A DNA stretch of 64,000 bases from the NCBI RefSeq assembly GCF_009914755.1, contig NC_060927.1; one strand, written 5' to 3'. Each line of letters begins with the position of its first letter. Position 1 is the first letter of the stretch. This DNA comes from the human T2T-CHM13v2.0 reference genome, Homo sapiens. This document shows, piece after piece, positions 50,334-61,700 of this stretch. The translations under genes were made by a program, and so were the position numbers. Under the pieces are notes generated by a model. It had not been told where the DNA came from, did no database searches, and saw only the letters and a list, made by a program, of their open reading frames with translations.

Positions 50334-51784
50334 TCAGTCCTGCTGCTGGATCATCTGATTAGTGGCTTCTGACTCAGAGGACCTTCATCCCCTAGGGAAA
50401 TGGGTCTTCCAGTGATTCCCTTGACATAAGGGGCATGGCTGAGGGGGCAACTTATTTCCACTTGGACAATCTTTTTTAAAGTGTCCTTGCAGACCACACT
50501 GGAAGCAAGCCCTATTAGGCATTCAACTTGCCCAGCTTTTCCCTTTTCCAGAGCCTCCAAAGTCCGCTTCCCTGAGGGCCATGATTAAAGCAGTGGCTTT
50601 TTTTTTTATCCTGTTTGTCTCATTCCACCTGCTCCTCTTGATCTCTATTATAAAAAACCAAGGTTGCCAAATTCAATAGGGTTTCTAAGTTTTGCTCCAG
50701 GACTAAGGAGGACTTTTGAAGTTTTTTTCTAATGTCTGCAGCTGACTGAGTGATAAACTTATCCTTTAAGATTAGTTGGCCTTCAGTAGAATCAGGTGAC
50801 AGGGAAGTATGTTTCCTCAATGCCTCCCTTAGTCTCTCCAGAAAGGCAGTAAGATTTTCTTCCTTTCCCTGTGTTATACTGGACATCACTGAATAATTCA
50901 TAGGCTTCTTCCTAGTTTTCCTTAGTCCTTCTAGCATGCAAGTTAGCAAATGTCTGCAGCACCTATCTCCATGTTCTGATTCTGTGTCCCAGTGAGGGTC
51001 TACACTGGGAACTGCCTGCTGGCCTTTGAGGAATCATTCTTTCCTCTGTTGTCATCCTACCATTGACCTGACTGAGATACCAGAGATCACCAAACTCTTG
51101 GGCTGCAGTTATGGCGGCACTTATTTGGTGTTAGTGTCTGATTTACCAGTAACATTATATCTCTCCATGTCAGATCAAAGGATTATCCTAACCCTTGTAA
51201 AATATCAATATAGCCATCAGGTTTATCTGAGAATTTACCTAGGTCTATTTTAATTTGCTTTAAGTCTGAGAGAGAAAAAGGTGCATGCACTCTGGCTGGG
51301 CCAAATTCTCCTCCTCCCATTGCTTGGAGGGGGCATAATCGGGGAAAATTGGCATTCTTTGTTTCACTGTTTATGCCTTTGTCTATCTCCTTTTGGACCG
51401 TTTGGGTTGAAGGGGGGTCCTTATTAGTGGGGTAAGGATTGGGGAGACACCAGGGTAGGGAGGTATACTCTGAGGGCTTCCTGTAGGGCATAAATCACAC
51501 CTTTTACATAATTGAGAGTTGTCTCTTAATGAAAAGAAAGTTTGTACATATGGCACTTCACTCCATTTGCCTTCTTTTACAAAAGAGGTCTAGCTGTAAG
51601 ATGGTGTTATAATTTATACTTCCCTCAGGAGGCCAGGTTTCTCCCCCTCGAAGAGAATATCATGGCCAGGCGGTACTGCAGAAGTATATTAGTCATTTTT
51701 TTCTTAGCGTCTGAGGGTCAAATTGGTCCCAATTCTCCAGAATACATCTTAGGGGCACTTTTGCCTTGTGGGAACATTTCTCAT
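50334..51784 (-). pseudogene. gag: HERV-W gag, disrupted
   Basis: MHR-like ITQGKEENLTAFLERLREAL, FITQSAADIRKKLQK, FSLSDLKQIKIDLGKFSD. Ends QQQD-TGA. Confidence 0.92.
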
Positions 51785-52932
51785 CTGAAAAAAGAACATA
51801 GGGATGCCAGCACCCCTAGTCATTTTCCGATGAGCATTAGTCATACAGCGTCCTCTATGGCCCTAAGGCTTATTCCTTTCCAGGGTGTGTAAACACCCAT
51901 GGACCTCTGCTTATCGGATTAGTCATGCTTACCAATGTAGCAGTCCTGCACCCCTTTTCCCGCCTTTCTTTACCACAAAGAAAGGGGTCTGGGCTGCTGG
52001 ATTCTAGTGGTCCTTTACCAGCATGCCCAATATTGCCTTTGTGCTCAGGGGTGAGTCCTAGAGCTGGGCTGGGTTCCTGAGTATTTCATAACAACCCCAG
52101 CTGCCCCATCAAGATGCATTCCCATAAACAACAGTTCTCATGCAAATTCATTTCAGAGAGGCTGTAGGTAACCTTTTGAGTCAGGATTGAGATAGTCTTT
52201 TTTGATTCTGTAAGTATTTTAGGCTTGGCTGAGTGCAAACAGCTCGCTCCTTTGAGGAGACCAATTAGGCAATTTTTCTAACTCTGCTTCCGCAAGAGTC
52301 TCCCTATCAATTACTGAATACCCATTGTGGTTTTTTCCTCAGTCACCTAGGAGGAACCATCTATCTCCTGTCCTGAAGGGAGTTCCTCCTAGGTCTGGTT
52401 GGGGCTTTGTATGGTAATTAAGATTTAAGTTCCCTGTAAGGAAATCTGCTGGGTTAAGAGAATTATCAGTGGTTAGCATTAAATTACCTTTTTCTAACAG
52501 AATAGCCCCATACTTTAAGATTTTTGAGTTTGTAAGCTACCTTTTTGCTTTTTTGACTTAGAATAATTCTGAACTGGTGAGGTGTGCTCACAATGAGGTT
52601 TCCTCTAAAAGTTACTTTTCTACTTTCTTCTTTTACCAAAGCAGTTGCTGCTACAGATTGAATGCATTTGGGACATCCCTGGGTTACTGGGTTAAGGATT
52701 TTTGATAGGAAGGCTACAGGTTGTCAGTGGTCTCAGTGTTTTCAGGCTACGCCCTTGTTTACACTGACAACAAGGTAGTATTGGAGTGTTATAGGGTCAT
52801 GCAGAAGATCTTCTATTATCAATTACAGGTTTTAAATTTACCCTGGCTTTTAAAGGAATAGGGCACACTCTTTTGTTTTGTTTTGTTTTTTTCTATTTCT
52901 TTCTCATTCTTTTTCTCTTTGACTCCCTCTTT

Positions 52933-53770
52933 GTCTCTCTCTCTCTCCTCCATCTCTCTCTCTCTCCCCTCCATCTCTCTCTCTCCCCTCCATCTCTCTC
53001 TCTCTCCTCCATCTCTCTCTCTCCTCCATCTCTCTGTCCTCCATCTCTCTCCTCCACCTCTCTCTCTCCTCCATCTCTCTCTCTCTTCCATTCTCTCTCT
53101 CTCCTCCATCTCTCTCTCTCTCCTCCATCTCTCTCTCCTCCATCTCTCTGTCCTCCATCTCTCTCTTCCATCTCTCTCTCTCCTCCATTCTCTCTCTCCT
53201 CCATCTCTCTCTCCTCCATCTCTCTCTCTGTCTCCTCCATCTCTCTCTCTCTTCTACCTCTCTCTGTCACCTCCATCTCTCTCTCCTCCATCTCTCTCTC
53301 TCCTCCATTCTCTCTCTCCTCCATCTCTCTCTCCTCCATTCTCTCTCTCTCCTCCATCTCTCTCTCTCCTCCGTCTCTCTCTCCTCCATCTCTCTCTCTC
53401 TGTCTCCTCCATCTCTCTCTCTCTTCTACCTCTCTCTGTCACCTCCATCTCTCTCTCCTCCATCTCTCTCTCTCCTCCATTCTCTCTCTCTCCTCCATCT
53501 CTCTCTCTCCTCCATCTCTCTCTCTCTGTCTCCTCCATCTCTCTCTCTCTTCTACCTCTCTCTGTCACCTCCATCTCTCTCTCTCCTCCATCTCTCTCTC
53601 TCCTCCATCTCTCTATCTCTCTTCCATCTCTCTCCCATCTCTCTCTCTCCTCCATCTCTCTATCTCTCTCCTCCATCTCTCTCTCTCTCTCCTCTGTCTC
53701 TCTGTCTCTGTCCTCCATCTCTCTCCTCCCTCTCTCTTTCTCTCCTCTGTCTCTCTCTCTCTTTCTCTTA
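52933..53770. repeat. Polypyrimidine/polypurine (CT)n-CCAT expansion in the HERV-W leader
   Basis: ~840 bp of CTCTCTCTCCTCCAT-type units. Source of the spurious S/L/P-rich and E/R-rich ORFs. Confidence 0.97.
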
Positions 53771-54432
53771 GCCATTACAAACTTGGGGCCCTGGCAAGGG
53801 TGGTGGGGAACGGGTCCCACATAACTGCCCATGTCGAGAGCTGTATACCTAAATCAGGAGGGACACCAGGGATAAGACTCTCTGGGTTTAGAGCCTAGAT
53901 GCCTAAGGATTCAGCATAGAGCTTCCTTAGATCCCTTTGGAGATACAACTTGCTGGAGGAAATGAAAGTCTGAACCATTAGTACCTAGGAGGCAGGGATC
54001 ACAGAAGCAGATTCAGAGGTAAGGAGAATTTTGGGGCTACACTTTCAAGAAAGTCGTGGTCGGAACCCAGGAGGTATGGGTCAGAAGGAAAGGTAGGGGT
54101 GCACGCATGGGCGACTGTTGAGTAGAGACTTCTGGCTGCTCCATGATCTCAACTGGCTAATGCCAGGAGTTCAGGACGACAGCTTTCTGCCTCTAGTCAG
54201 CCCTCGGCTTCCCCAAGAAAATTGAAAGTGGAAGCTGGCTTCAGGCAGACCAACATCCCCAACCCAGAAGGGTTGGGAGTTGTTAGAAAGCCCTTCCACA
54301 GATAGCCACACACCTGAGTCTTAAGTCTGGCAGCCACGCTAATTGTTTATAATGGGCCAACAGGTGCCCAGTATTTTCCTCCAATTCCAAGGAAGGTTAG
54401 GACAGAATAGCAAGCAAAAGTGGTCCAACATT

Positions 54433-54466
54433 ACTCACTGCTTTGGAGGTTGCTTCGTGGTTGCCA
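54433..54466 (-). promoter_or_regulatory. HERV-W primer-binding site and major splice donor
   Basis: TGGCAACCACGAAGCAAC just downstream of the 5' LTR, followed by AAAGCA|GTGAGT. Confidence 0.8.
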
Positions 54467-54469
54467 AAA

Positions 54470-55239
54470 TGTTACCAGCAGCGGGGGAGGGGGGGCGTCC
54501 TTGCTCCCAGAGGTCCCAAGATGGTGGCGGGCTGCTTCCAAGATGGCGGCAAGCCTAGTGTTCTCTGACCTGGGGTTCTTGGCCTCATGGATTCCAAGGA
54601 ATGGAATCTTGGCCATGCAGTGAGTGTTATAGCTCTATTAGAAGCTGTGGGTCACAGAAGAGAACCGAGGAACCCAGTGACTAGTGTTCAGCTCGATTAG
54701 GACAAACCCGGGCACTTAGCCATGCAGGAACAATGGCAAGCCTTTAGCCCAACAGGGAGTGGCAATGGGCACCTCACTGGATCAGGAGCACAGCGGACAC
54801 CCTGCCAGATCCGGAGGGATGTAAGTCAGCAGCGGGTCTGCAATGGTGGCAAACAGCAGTGGTAGACAGCAATCGAAAGCTCAGCTCAAACCATAACAAG
54901 CACAGACCAGAAGAGAGTGCAGTTGCAAGATTTAATAGAGTGAAAACAGAGCTCCCATACAAAGGGAGGGGACCCAAAGAGGGTAGCTGTTGCTGGCTCG
55001 AATGTCTGGTTTTATATCCCCATCATTGTCCCACTGTGTTCTCAGGCAATAGATGATTGGCTATTTCTTTACCTCCTGTTTTTGCCTAATTAGCATTTTA
55101 GTGAGCTCTCTTTACTCCCTGATTGGTCAGGTGTGAGCTAAGTTGCAAGCCCCGTGTTTAAAGGTGGATGCGGTCACCTCCCCAGCTAGGCTTTGGGATT
55201 CTTAGTCGGCCTAGGAAATCCAGCTAGTCCTGTCCCTCA
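54470..55239 (-). mobile_element. HERV-W 5' LTR (LTR17), full length
   Basis: TG...CA termini, two CCAATC boxes, TATAAAA at ~55010-55017 and ATTAAA at 54931-54936 (all on the minus strand). Confidence 0.96.
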
Positions 55240-58014
55240 TCATGGTTAAAGCAATCAGTAGAGGAAATATCAAAATTTGCAAAAACAATTTTTTCTCAAA
55301 AATTGCCAATTAGCTGGTAATGAACTCCACTCCTGGTTATATCATTAACAGAAATTAAAAGAATGTTATTTTCTTTACTTCATTCATTTCCTCCTACCAT
55401 TGAGAGGCTCCAGAATATATTTCATGACTGAAATTATGGGAAATAACAGTTAAAGTAGCATATGTTATCTATTTGTCCCAGTGAATTCCACAAACTTGCC
55501 ATTTCATTCTCCTTCATAAGGAATGGCTTTAGTCAAGAGGAGTTTTCAAAATGTGGCCTTTCAGAAGTGATTCAGTGGGTGTCATAGGACATTTTGAGCC
55601 TCCTCAATCTGAAAACAGCCCTCTCTTTTCCTTTTCAACCCAAACCAGTATAATTTTACCTGTTTTTAAATGTGATCTTCTCCCTAGAAAGAGAAAAAAA
55701 GTTTGAAAGCTTCTGGTATAGAAGAGTAGGTCCTGGAAAAAGCCAGGAGTGCTGGCATTTAGTAACAGTTTTGTCATTACATTCAGAGGAATTTCTCAAC
55801 AAGTCCTACTGGGTGTTTCAGATCATGCTGGATAACATACTCTCAAAAGTCACTAGCAGACATCACTTTTAGTATTTTCAGTATTCTGCTGAAATCCATT
55901 TCTTATTAACCTCATTAGAATAATGTAGTTATAGCATCTACTTGTAACTGAATTAAAATTCTGCTTTGAATAAATCAGAAGACACTACAATGGAAAGGAC
56001 AAGACATATGCCCAATTGATATTTGTGTATTCTCAAGTGTCTAATAGTGTTTTTAATGGAGTTTAGTTAAAGATTTAATACATTTTCATCTAGTGAGGGA
56101 AACAGTACACACATATAATCCTAATATGTAAATGTTTTAACATCAAACTGAAACTCAGAGAGAGTTGTAAATTAATGCAGCATAAACTAATAGCAGGTTA
56201 TCTGTTTTTCCCTCTTTTTCCAATTAAAAAATAAACCTTTTCCTTTTTACCTTATATGAAAAAAAAATATGTCCTAGTCATTGTTCTTAAACAAATGCTC
56301 ATAAGCTCTGTTGATATTAACATCCAATTTTTAGTCTTGAGAGCTAACTTTGGTAGTTTTTTGCTCATTTAACATGTATTTTGCATCTTCAAATTGCCAG
56401 ACCTGGGTGTAAGATTCTGAGGCCCAAAGGTAAATAAATTAAACCTTCCTATGTTTGTAAGGTTAAAAGTTTGATAGAGGAAGCAGAAATCTACAAAACT
56501 AATTACTGTGCACACTAAGTGTACATAGTGTGGTTGTGAAGAGTAAGTAAGGGAACAAATGCAGTAGCACAGTGCCTTGCACACAGGAATCACTAGGCAC
56601 CAGATCTTTTTAGAAGCACTTATTGCTTTATTCCTAACAATTCCCCATTCACCATTCATGCTGTGGTAAATATTGTCCTAAGGAAAACTTGGTGTAGTTG
56701 ACCAAGCAAAGACATCACATTATTGGACTGCAAAGTGAACTAATAAAATCACAACCTGATATCAGACAGACAGGTTTGGAATAATGCTTACTGTACCAGT
56801 GTATCTCACCTGAGAGAATGTTTCTTACATTGAGATTGAGGAGGCAAAGAATTTAGAGGGCAAGGAAAGTGTCAGTGGTCAATCAAAGTCTTTAGAAACC
56901 TGAGATTAAAGGGAATGAGTGCCTGCTTCACCTCTGGACGTTTGGGAAGCAGCAGTTTCACTGTGGTCCCAGTGTTATTATCACAGGAAGCAGTAAAGCA
57001 AAGTGCCTCCTGGAAAAGCTGTTTGAAACGCTGAGGACAGGAGGAGGAGGGGTTGTCCCACTGAATACCCTGGGAGCACAGAGTAGTTTTAGAGAACAAT
57101 CAAACTTCCCCAATTTTTGGAGGAAAGTATAGGAAGTAATTTAAAAGGAAGAAAGTGCTTATAGCCTAGAGGCATCTCACAATTATGGCAAGGGAAACAA
57201 CCAAGTCCATCTGGGCCATATACCCAGAGGCTGATAGTGAACAGAAGTATCTCAATGCATGCTAACTGGAGTTGTATGAATAGCTAATAATTAAACTTCT
57301 TGCCAGCATAATGCCATAAAGCTATCTGAGACCAACAGACCTTAAAAACCTATCTGGGTGTAGGAACTAAAGGAAAATACACTAAGGTGACACAATATAA
57401 ATCTGAAATGACTAGGTTTACCCAGAACTGACTAAAATTAGGTAGTTTTCCTAAAAACACTAAGTCACTATTTTACATGCCTGACATTTTTGGCCTGTGA
57501 TTTTGAATCTAGGACACCAAGTTATAGTTATTATTCTTCTTATTAATTAATTGTCATGTCGGAAGTCCAATAAAGCTTGTTTTTAAAGCAGAAGCAGAAA
57601 TTTTTACAAGGATCCTATTTAGATACAACAGCATGGCTATTAAGAAAGCAATCTAACATCATATTTAGCACTTGTGATTAAGTAACAAAGAACTGATTGG
57701 TCCCTGCAATAATATACAGGCATAGGTTGTGTCAGGATTAAAAAATTATATTTTCAATCATGTTACAGCAAAGGTAAGATGACTTACACCAAACTATAGC
57801 AACAGCTTCTTATAACATAAAATTAATTAACTTGAAAAGATCTGTGATTAGAGTTGACACATTTAAATTATTTTGTTTCCCTTTATGTAAATCTTGCAAC
57901 TGGAAAAATATTTTTAATTAAAAAAAACCTAAGAAAATACATAAAATGCTAAAATAAATGAGCCCCATATTTAATTACCTCATTTGCCTTTGGCAATTAT
58001 GCTAACTATAAGCA

Positions 58015-58379
58015 CAGGTTGAGTATTTCTTATATAAAGTATTTGAGATCAGATTCTAGATTTTGGATTTTTTTCAGATTTTGAAATATTTGCATATATA
58101 GTCCATAATGTGATATCTTGGGGATGAAATCCAAGTCCAAAAACAAAACCCTTTTATTTATCATATATACTTTAGATATAATACATCACCTGAAGATAAT
58201 TTTATATGATATTTTAAATAATTTTGTTCCTGAAACAAACTTTTGACTGCATTTTGACGGTGACAGTCACGTAAGGTCAGGTATGAATTTTTCCACTTGT
58301 GACGTCATATCAATGTTCAAAAAGTTTCAGACTTGAAGAGGCTGAATTTCAGATTTTCTGATTTAGAGATGCTCACCTG
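58015..58379. mobile_element. Tigger4/MER46-type DNA transposon
   Basis: Terminal inverted repeats CAGGTTGAGTAT... and ...GATGCTCACCTG, with internal GATATCTTGGGGATG and TTTTCCACTTGTGACGTCAT. Confidence 0.88.
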
Positions 58380-58734
58380 TACTACATTCAAATTCTATGT
58401 TAATGATTTGCGAGTTACACAAATTTATCATCAGTTAAAAAGTTGGAAGCAGAAGTGTATGATAAGGAATGTATAATACCTGCAATACATTTCAAGGGTT
58501 CACTCTGCTCAGACTTGAACTCAATCTACTAAATATTAATGAAAAATACTATGTTGCTTCAATGACTGAATAACTAGTAACACATCAAATTATATCATAA
58601 AAATTATGTACTAGTTGCCATATAGCGATTAGACAATGGGAAAAACTAATTTATTTCCAATTATTAATTTTTTCTAATAATAAATTATACTTAACAATGT
58701 ATGTCTGTAACCAGCTGACATTTTGTTAACTTTC

Positions 58735-61700
58735 TCCAAAAATTTTTGTGGGTACATAGTGGGAGTATATATTTATGGGGTACCTGAGATGTTGTGATAT
58801 AGGTATACAATGTGAAATAAGCACATCATGGAGAATGGGGTATCCATCCACTCAAGCATTTATGCTTTGAGTTATAAACAATCCAATTTATCTTTAAGTT
58901 ATTTTAAAATGTACAATTAAGTTATGATTGACTACAGTCACCCTATTGTGCTATCAAATAGCAGATCTTATTCATTCTTTCTAACTACCAATATGTTTGT
59001 GTACCCATTAGCCATCCCCACCACCACTGTAGGCCTCCCCACCTACTGTCCTTCCCAGGCTCTGGTAAGCATAACTTCTACTCTCCATGTTCATGAGTAC
59101 AGTTCTTTTGATTTTTAGATCTCACAAATAAGTGAGAACAGATGTTTGCCTTTCTGTGCCTGGCTTATTTCACTTAACATAATGATCTCCAGTTCCATCC
59201 ATGTTGTTGCAAATAACAGAGTCTTACTCATTTTATTGCTGAATAGTAGTCTATTGTGTATATGTACCACATTTTCTTTATCCGTTCATCTGTTGATGGA
59301 CACTGAGGTTGCTTCCAAATCTTAGTTGTTGAAAACAGTGCTGCAACAAACATAAGAGTGCAGATATCTCTTCGATATACTGATTTCCTTTCTTTTGGGT
59401 ATATACCCAGCAGTGAGATTGCTAAATCACATGGTAGCTCGATTTTTAGTTTTCTGAGGGACCTCCAAACTCTTCTCCATATTGGTTTTACTAATTTATG
59501 TTCCCAAAAACAGTGAACACATCCACATCCTCACCAGCATTTTTATTGCCTGCCTTTTGGATACAAGCCATTTTCACTGGGATGAGATGATATTTCATTA
59601 TAGTTTTGATTTGAATTTCTCTGGCGATCAATGACATTGAACACCTTTTTATATGCCCGTTTGTAATTTGTATGTCTTCTCTTAAAAATTATTAAAATAT
59701 TTTGCCTATTTTTTGATGGGATTATTAGATTTTTTTCCTAGGGAGTTATTTCAGTTCCTCATATACTCTGGTTACTAATCCCTTGTCAGATGGGTAGTTT
59801 GCAAATATTTTGTCCCATTTTATGGGTTGCCTCTTCAATTTGTTGATTGTATTATTTGCTGTGCAGAAGTATTATGACTTGATGTGATCCCATTTGTCCA
59901 TTTTGCTTTGGTTGCCTATGTTTTTGGTACATCGTTTAAGAAATTTTTGCCAAGACCAATATCCTGTAGATTTTCCCAAAAGTTTTTCTGTAGTAGTTTC
60001 ATAGTTTGATGTCCTTAATTCATTTTGATTTGATTTTTGTATATGATGAGACATGGGGTCTAATTTCATCATTCTGCACATGGATATCCATTTTTTCCAG
60101 CACCACTTATTGAAGAGACCATCCTTCACCCAGTGTATGTTCTTGACATCATTGTAGAAAATGAGTTCACTATAGGTGTATGGATTTGTTTCTAGGTTCC
60201 CTAGCCTGTTCTATTGGTTTATGTGTTTGTTTAAATTCCAGTACCATGCTGTTTTGGTTACTATAGATCTGTAGTATAATTTGAAGTCACATAATGTGAT
60301 TCCTCCAGTTTTTTATTGTTGTTGTTGTTGTTGTTCCTTTTGCTTAGGATAGCTTTGGTTATTCTGAATCTTTTGCAATTCCACATAAATTTAAAGATTT
60401 TTTTCTATTTATATAAAGAATATCATTGATATTTTAAAAAGGATTACATTGAATCTGTAGATTGCTTTGTGTAGTGTGAGCATTTTCCTAATATTGATTC
60501 TTTCAATCCATGAACATGGAATATTTTTCCATTTTTTTACTGTCCTCAATTTCTTTCATCAATGTTTTATAATTTTCATTATAGAGATCTTTCAATTTCT
60601 TTGATTAAGTTAATTCCTAGGTATTTAATTTTATGTATGGTTATTGTAAATGGGATTACCTTTTTATTTCTTGTTCAGATTGTTCATTGATGGCATATGG
60701 AAATGCCACTGATTTTTGTGTGTTGATTTTGTATCCTACAACTTTACTGAATTTATTTATTAGCTTTAATAATTTTCTTGTGGGGTCTTTTTTTCCAAAC
60801 ATAAGATCATATCTACAAACAAGGATAATTTGACTTCTTCCATTCCAATTTGGATATTCTGTATATCTTTCTCTTGTCTAATTGTTCTAGCTGAGACTTC
60901 CAGTACTATGTTGAATAACAGTGGTGAGAGAGGGCATCTTTGTTGTGTTCCAGATCTTAGAGGAAAGGCTTTCAGTTTTTCCCCATTCAGTATGATACTA
61001 GTTGTGAGTCTGTTGCATAAGGGTTTTATTATGTTGAGGTATGTTCCTTCTATCTCCAATTTTTTTTAGGGTTTTTATCATGAAGGAAAGTCAAATTACA
61101 TCAAATGCTTTTTCAGCATCAATTGAAATTATCATATGATTTCTATTCTTCATTTTGTTGATATTATGTATCACATTTATTTACATATGTTGAGCCATCC
61201 TTGCATCCCAGGGATAAATACCATTAGGTCATGATGAATGATCTTCCTAATGTATTGTTGTATTTGGTTTGATAGTATTTTGTTGAGGATTTTTGCATCA
61301 ATATTCATCAGAGATATTGGCCTGTAGATTTTTGTTTTGCTATGTTTTGAGACAGAGTCTTGCTCTGTTGTCCAGGCTGAAGTGCAGCAGTGAGAGCTCT
61401 GCTCATTGCAACCCCAGCCTCCTGGGTTCAAGTGACTCTCCTGCCTCAGTCTCCCAAGTAGGTGGGATTACAGGCACCTGCCACCATGCCTGGCTAATAT
61501 TTTTTGTATTTTTAGTAGAGATGAGTTTTTGCTGTGTTGGCCAGGCTGCTCTCGAAAGCCTGGCTTCAAGTGATCCCCCCATCTCAACCTTCTAAAGTGC
61601 TGGGATTACAGGCATGAGCCACTGCACCCAACCTAGCCTGTAGTTTTCTTTCACTGATGTGTCTTTGTCTGGTTTTGGTGCCCAGCGTGGCCTGTAGTTT

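Larger units (their letters stand above)
46268..55239 (-). mobile_element. HERV-W (HERV17) provirus, internally deleted
   Basis: Two LTR17 copies, TCAT TSD (46264-46267 and 55240-55243), PBS, gag-pro-pol-env remnants and a polypurine tract. Confidence 0.97.

Noticed and set aside
52819-53898. 341-, 313- and 192-aa ORFs
   Set aside because: Low-complexity readings of the CT repeat, stop-free by composition.
46268-55239. ERVW-1 (syncytin-1) locus, or an L1-processed HERV-W pseudogene
   Set aside because: env is disrupted and lacks the ERVW-1 tail deletion. Both LTRs have U3-R-U5 ends and a 4-bp TSD with no poly-A tail, indicating true proviral integration.
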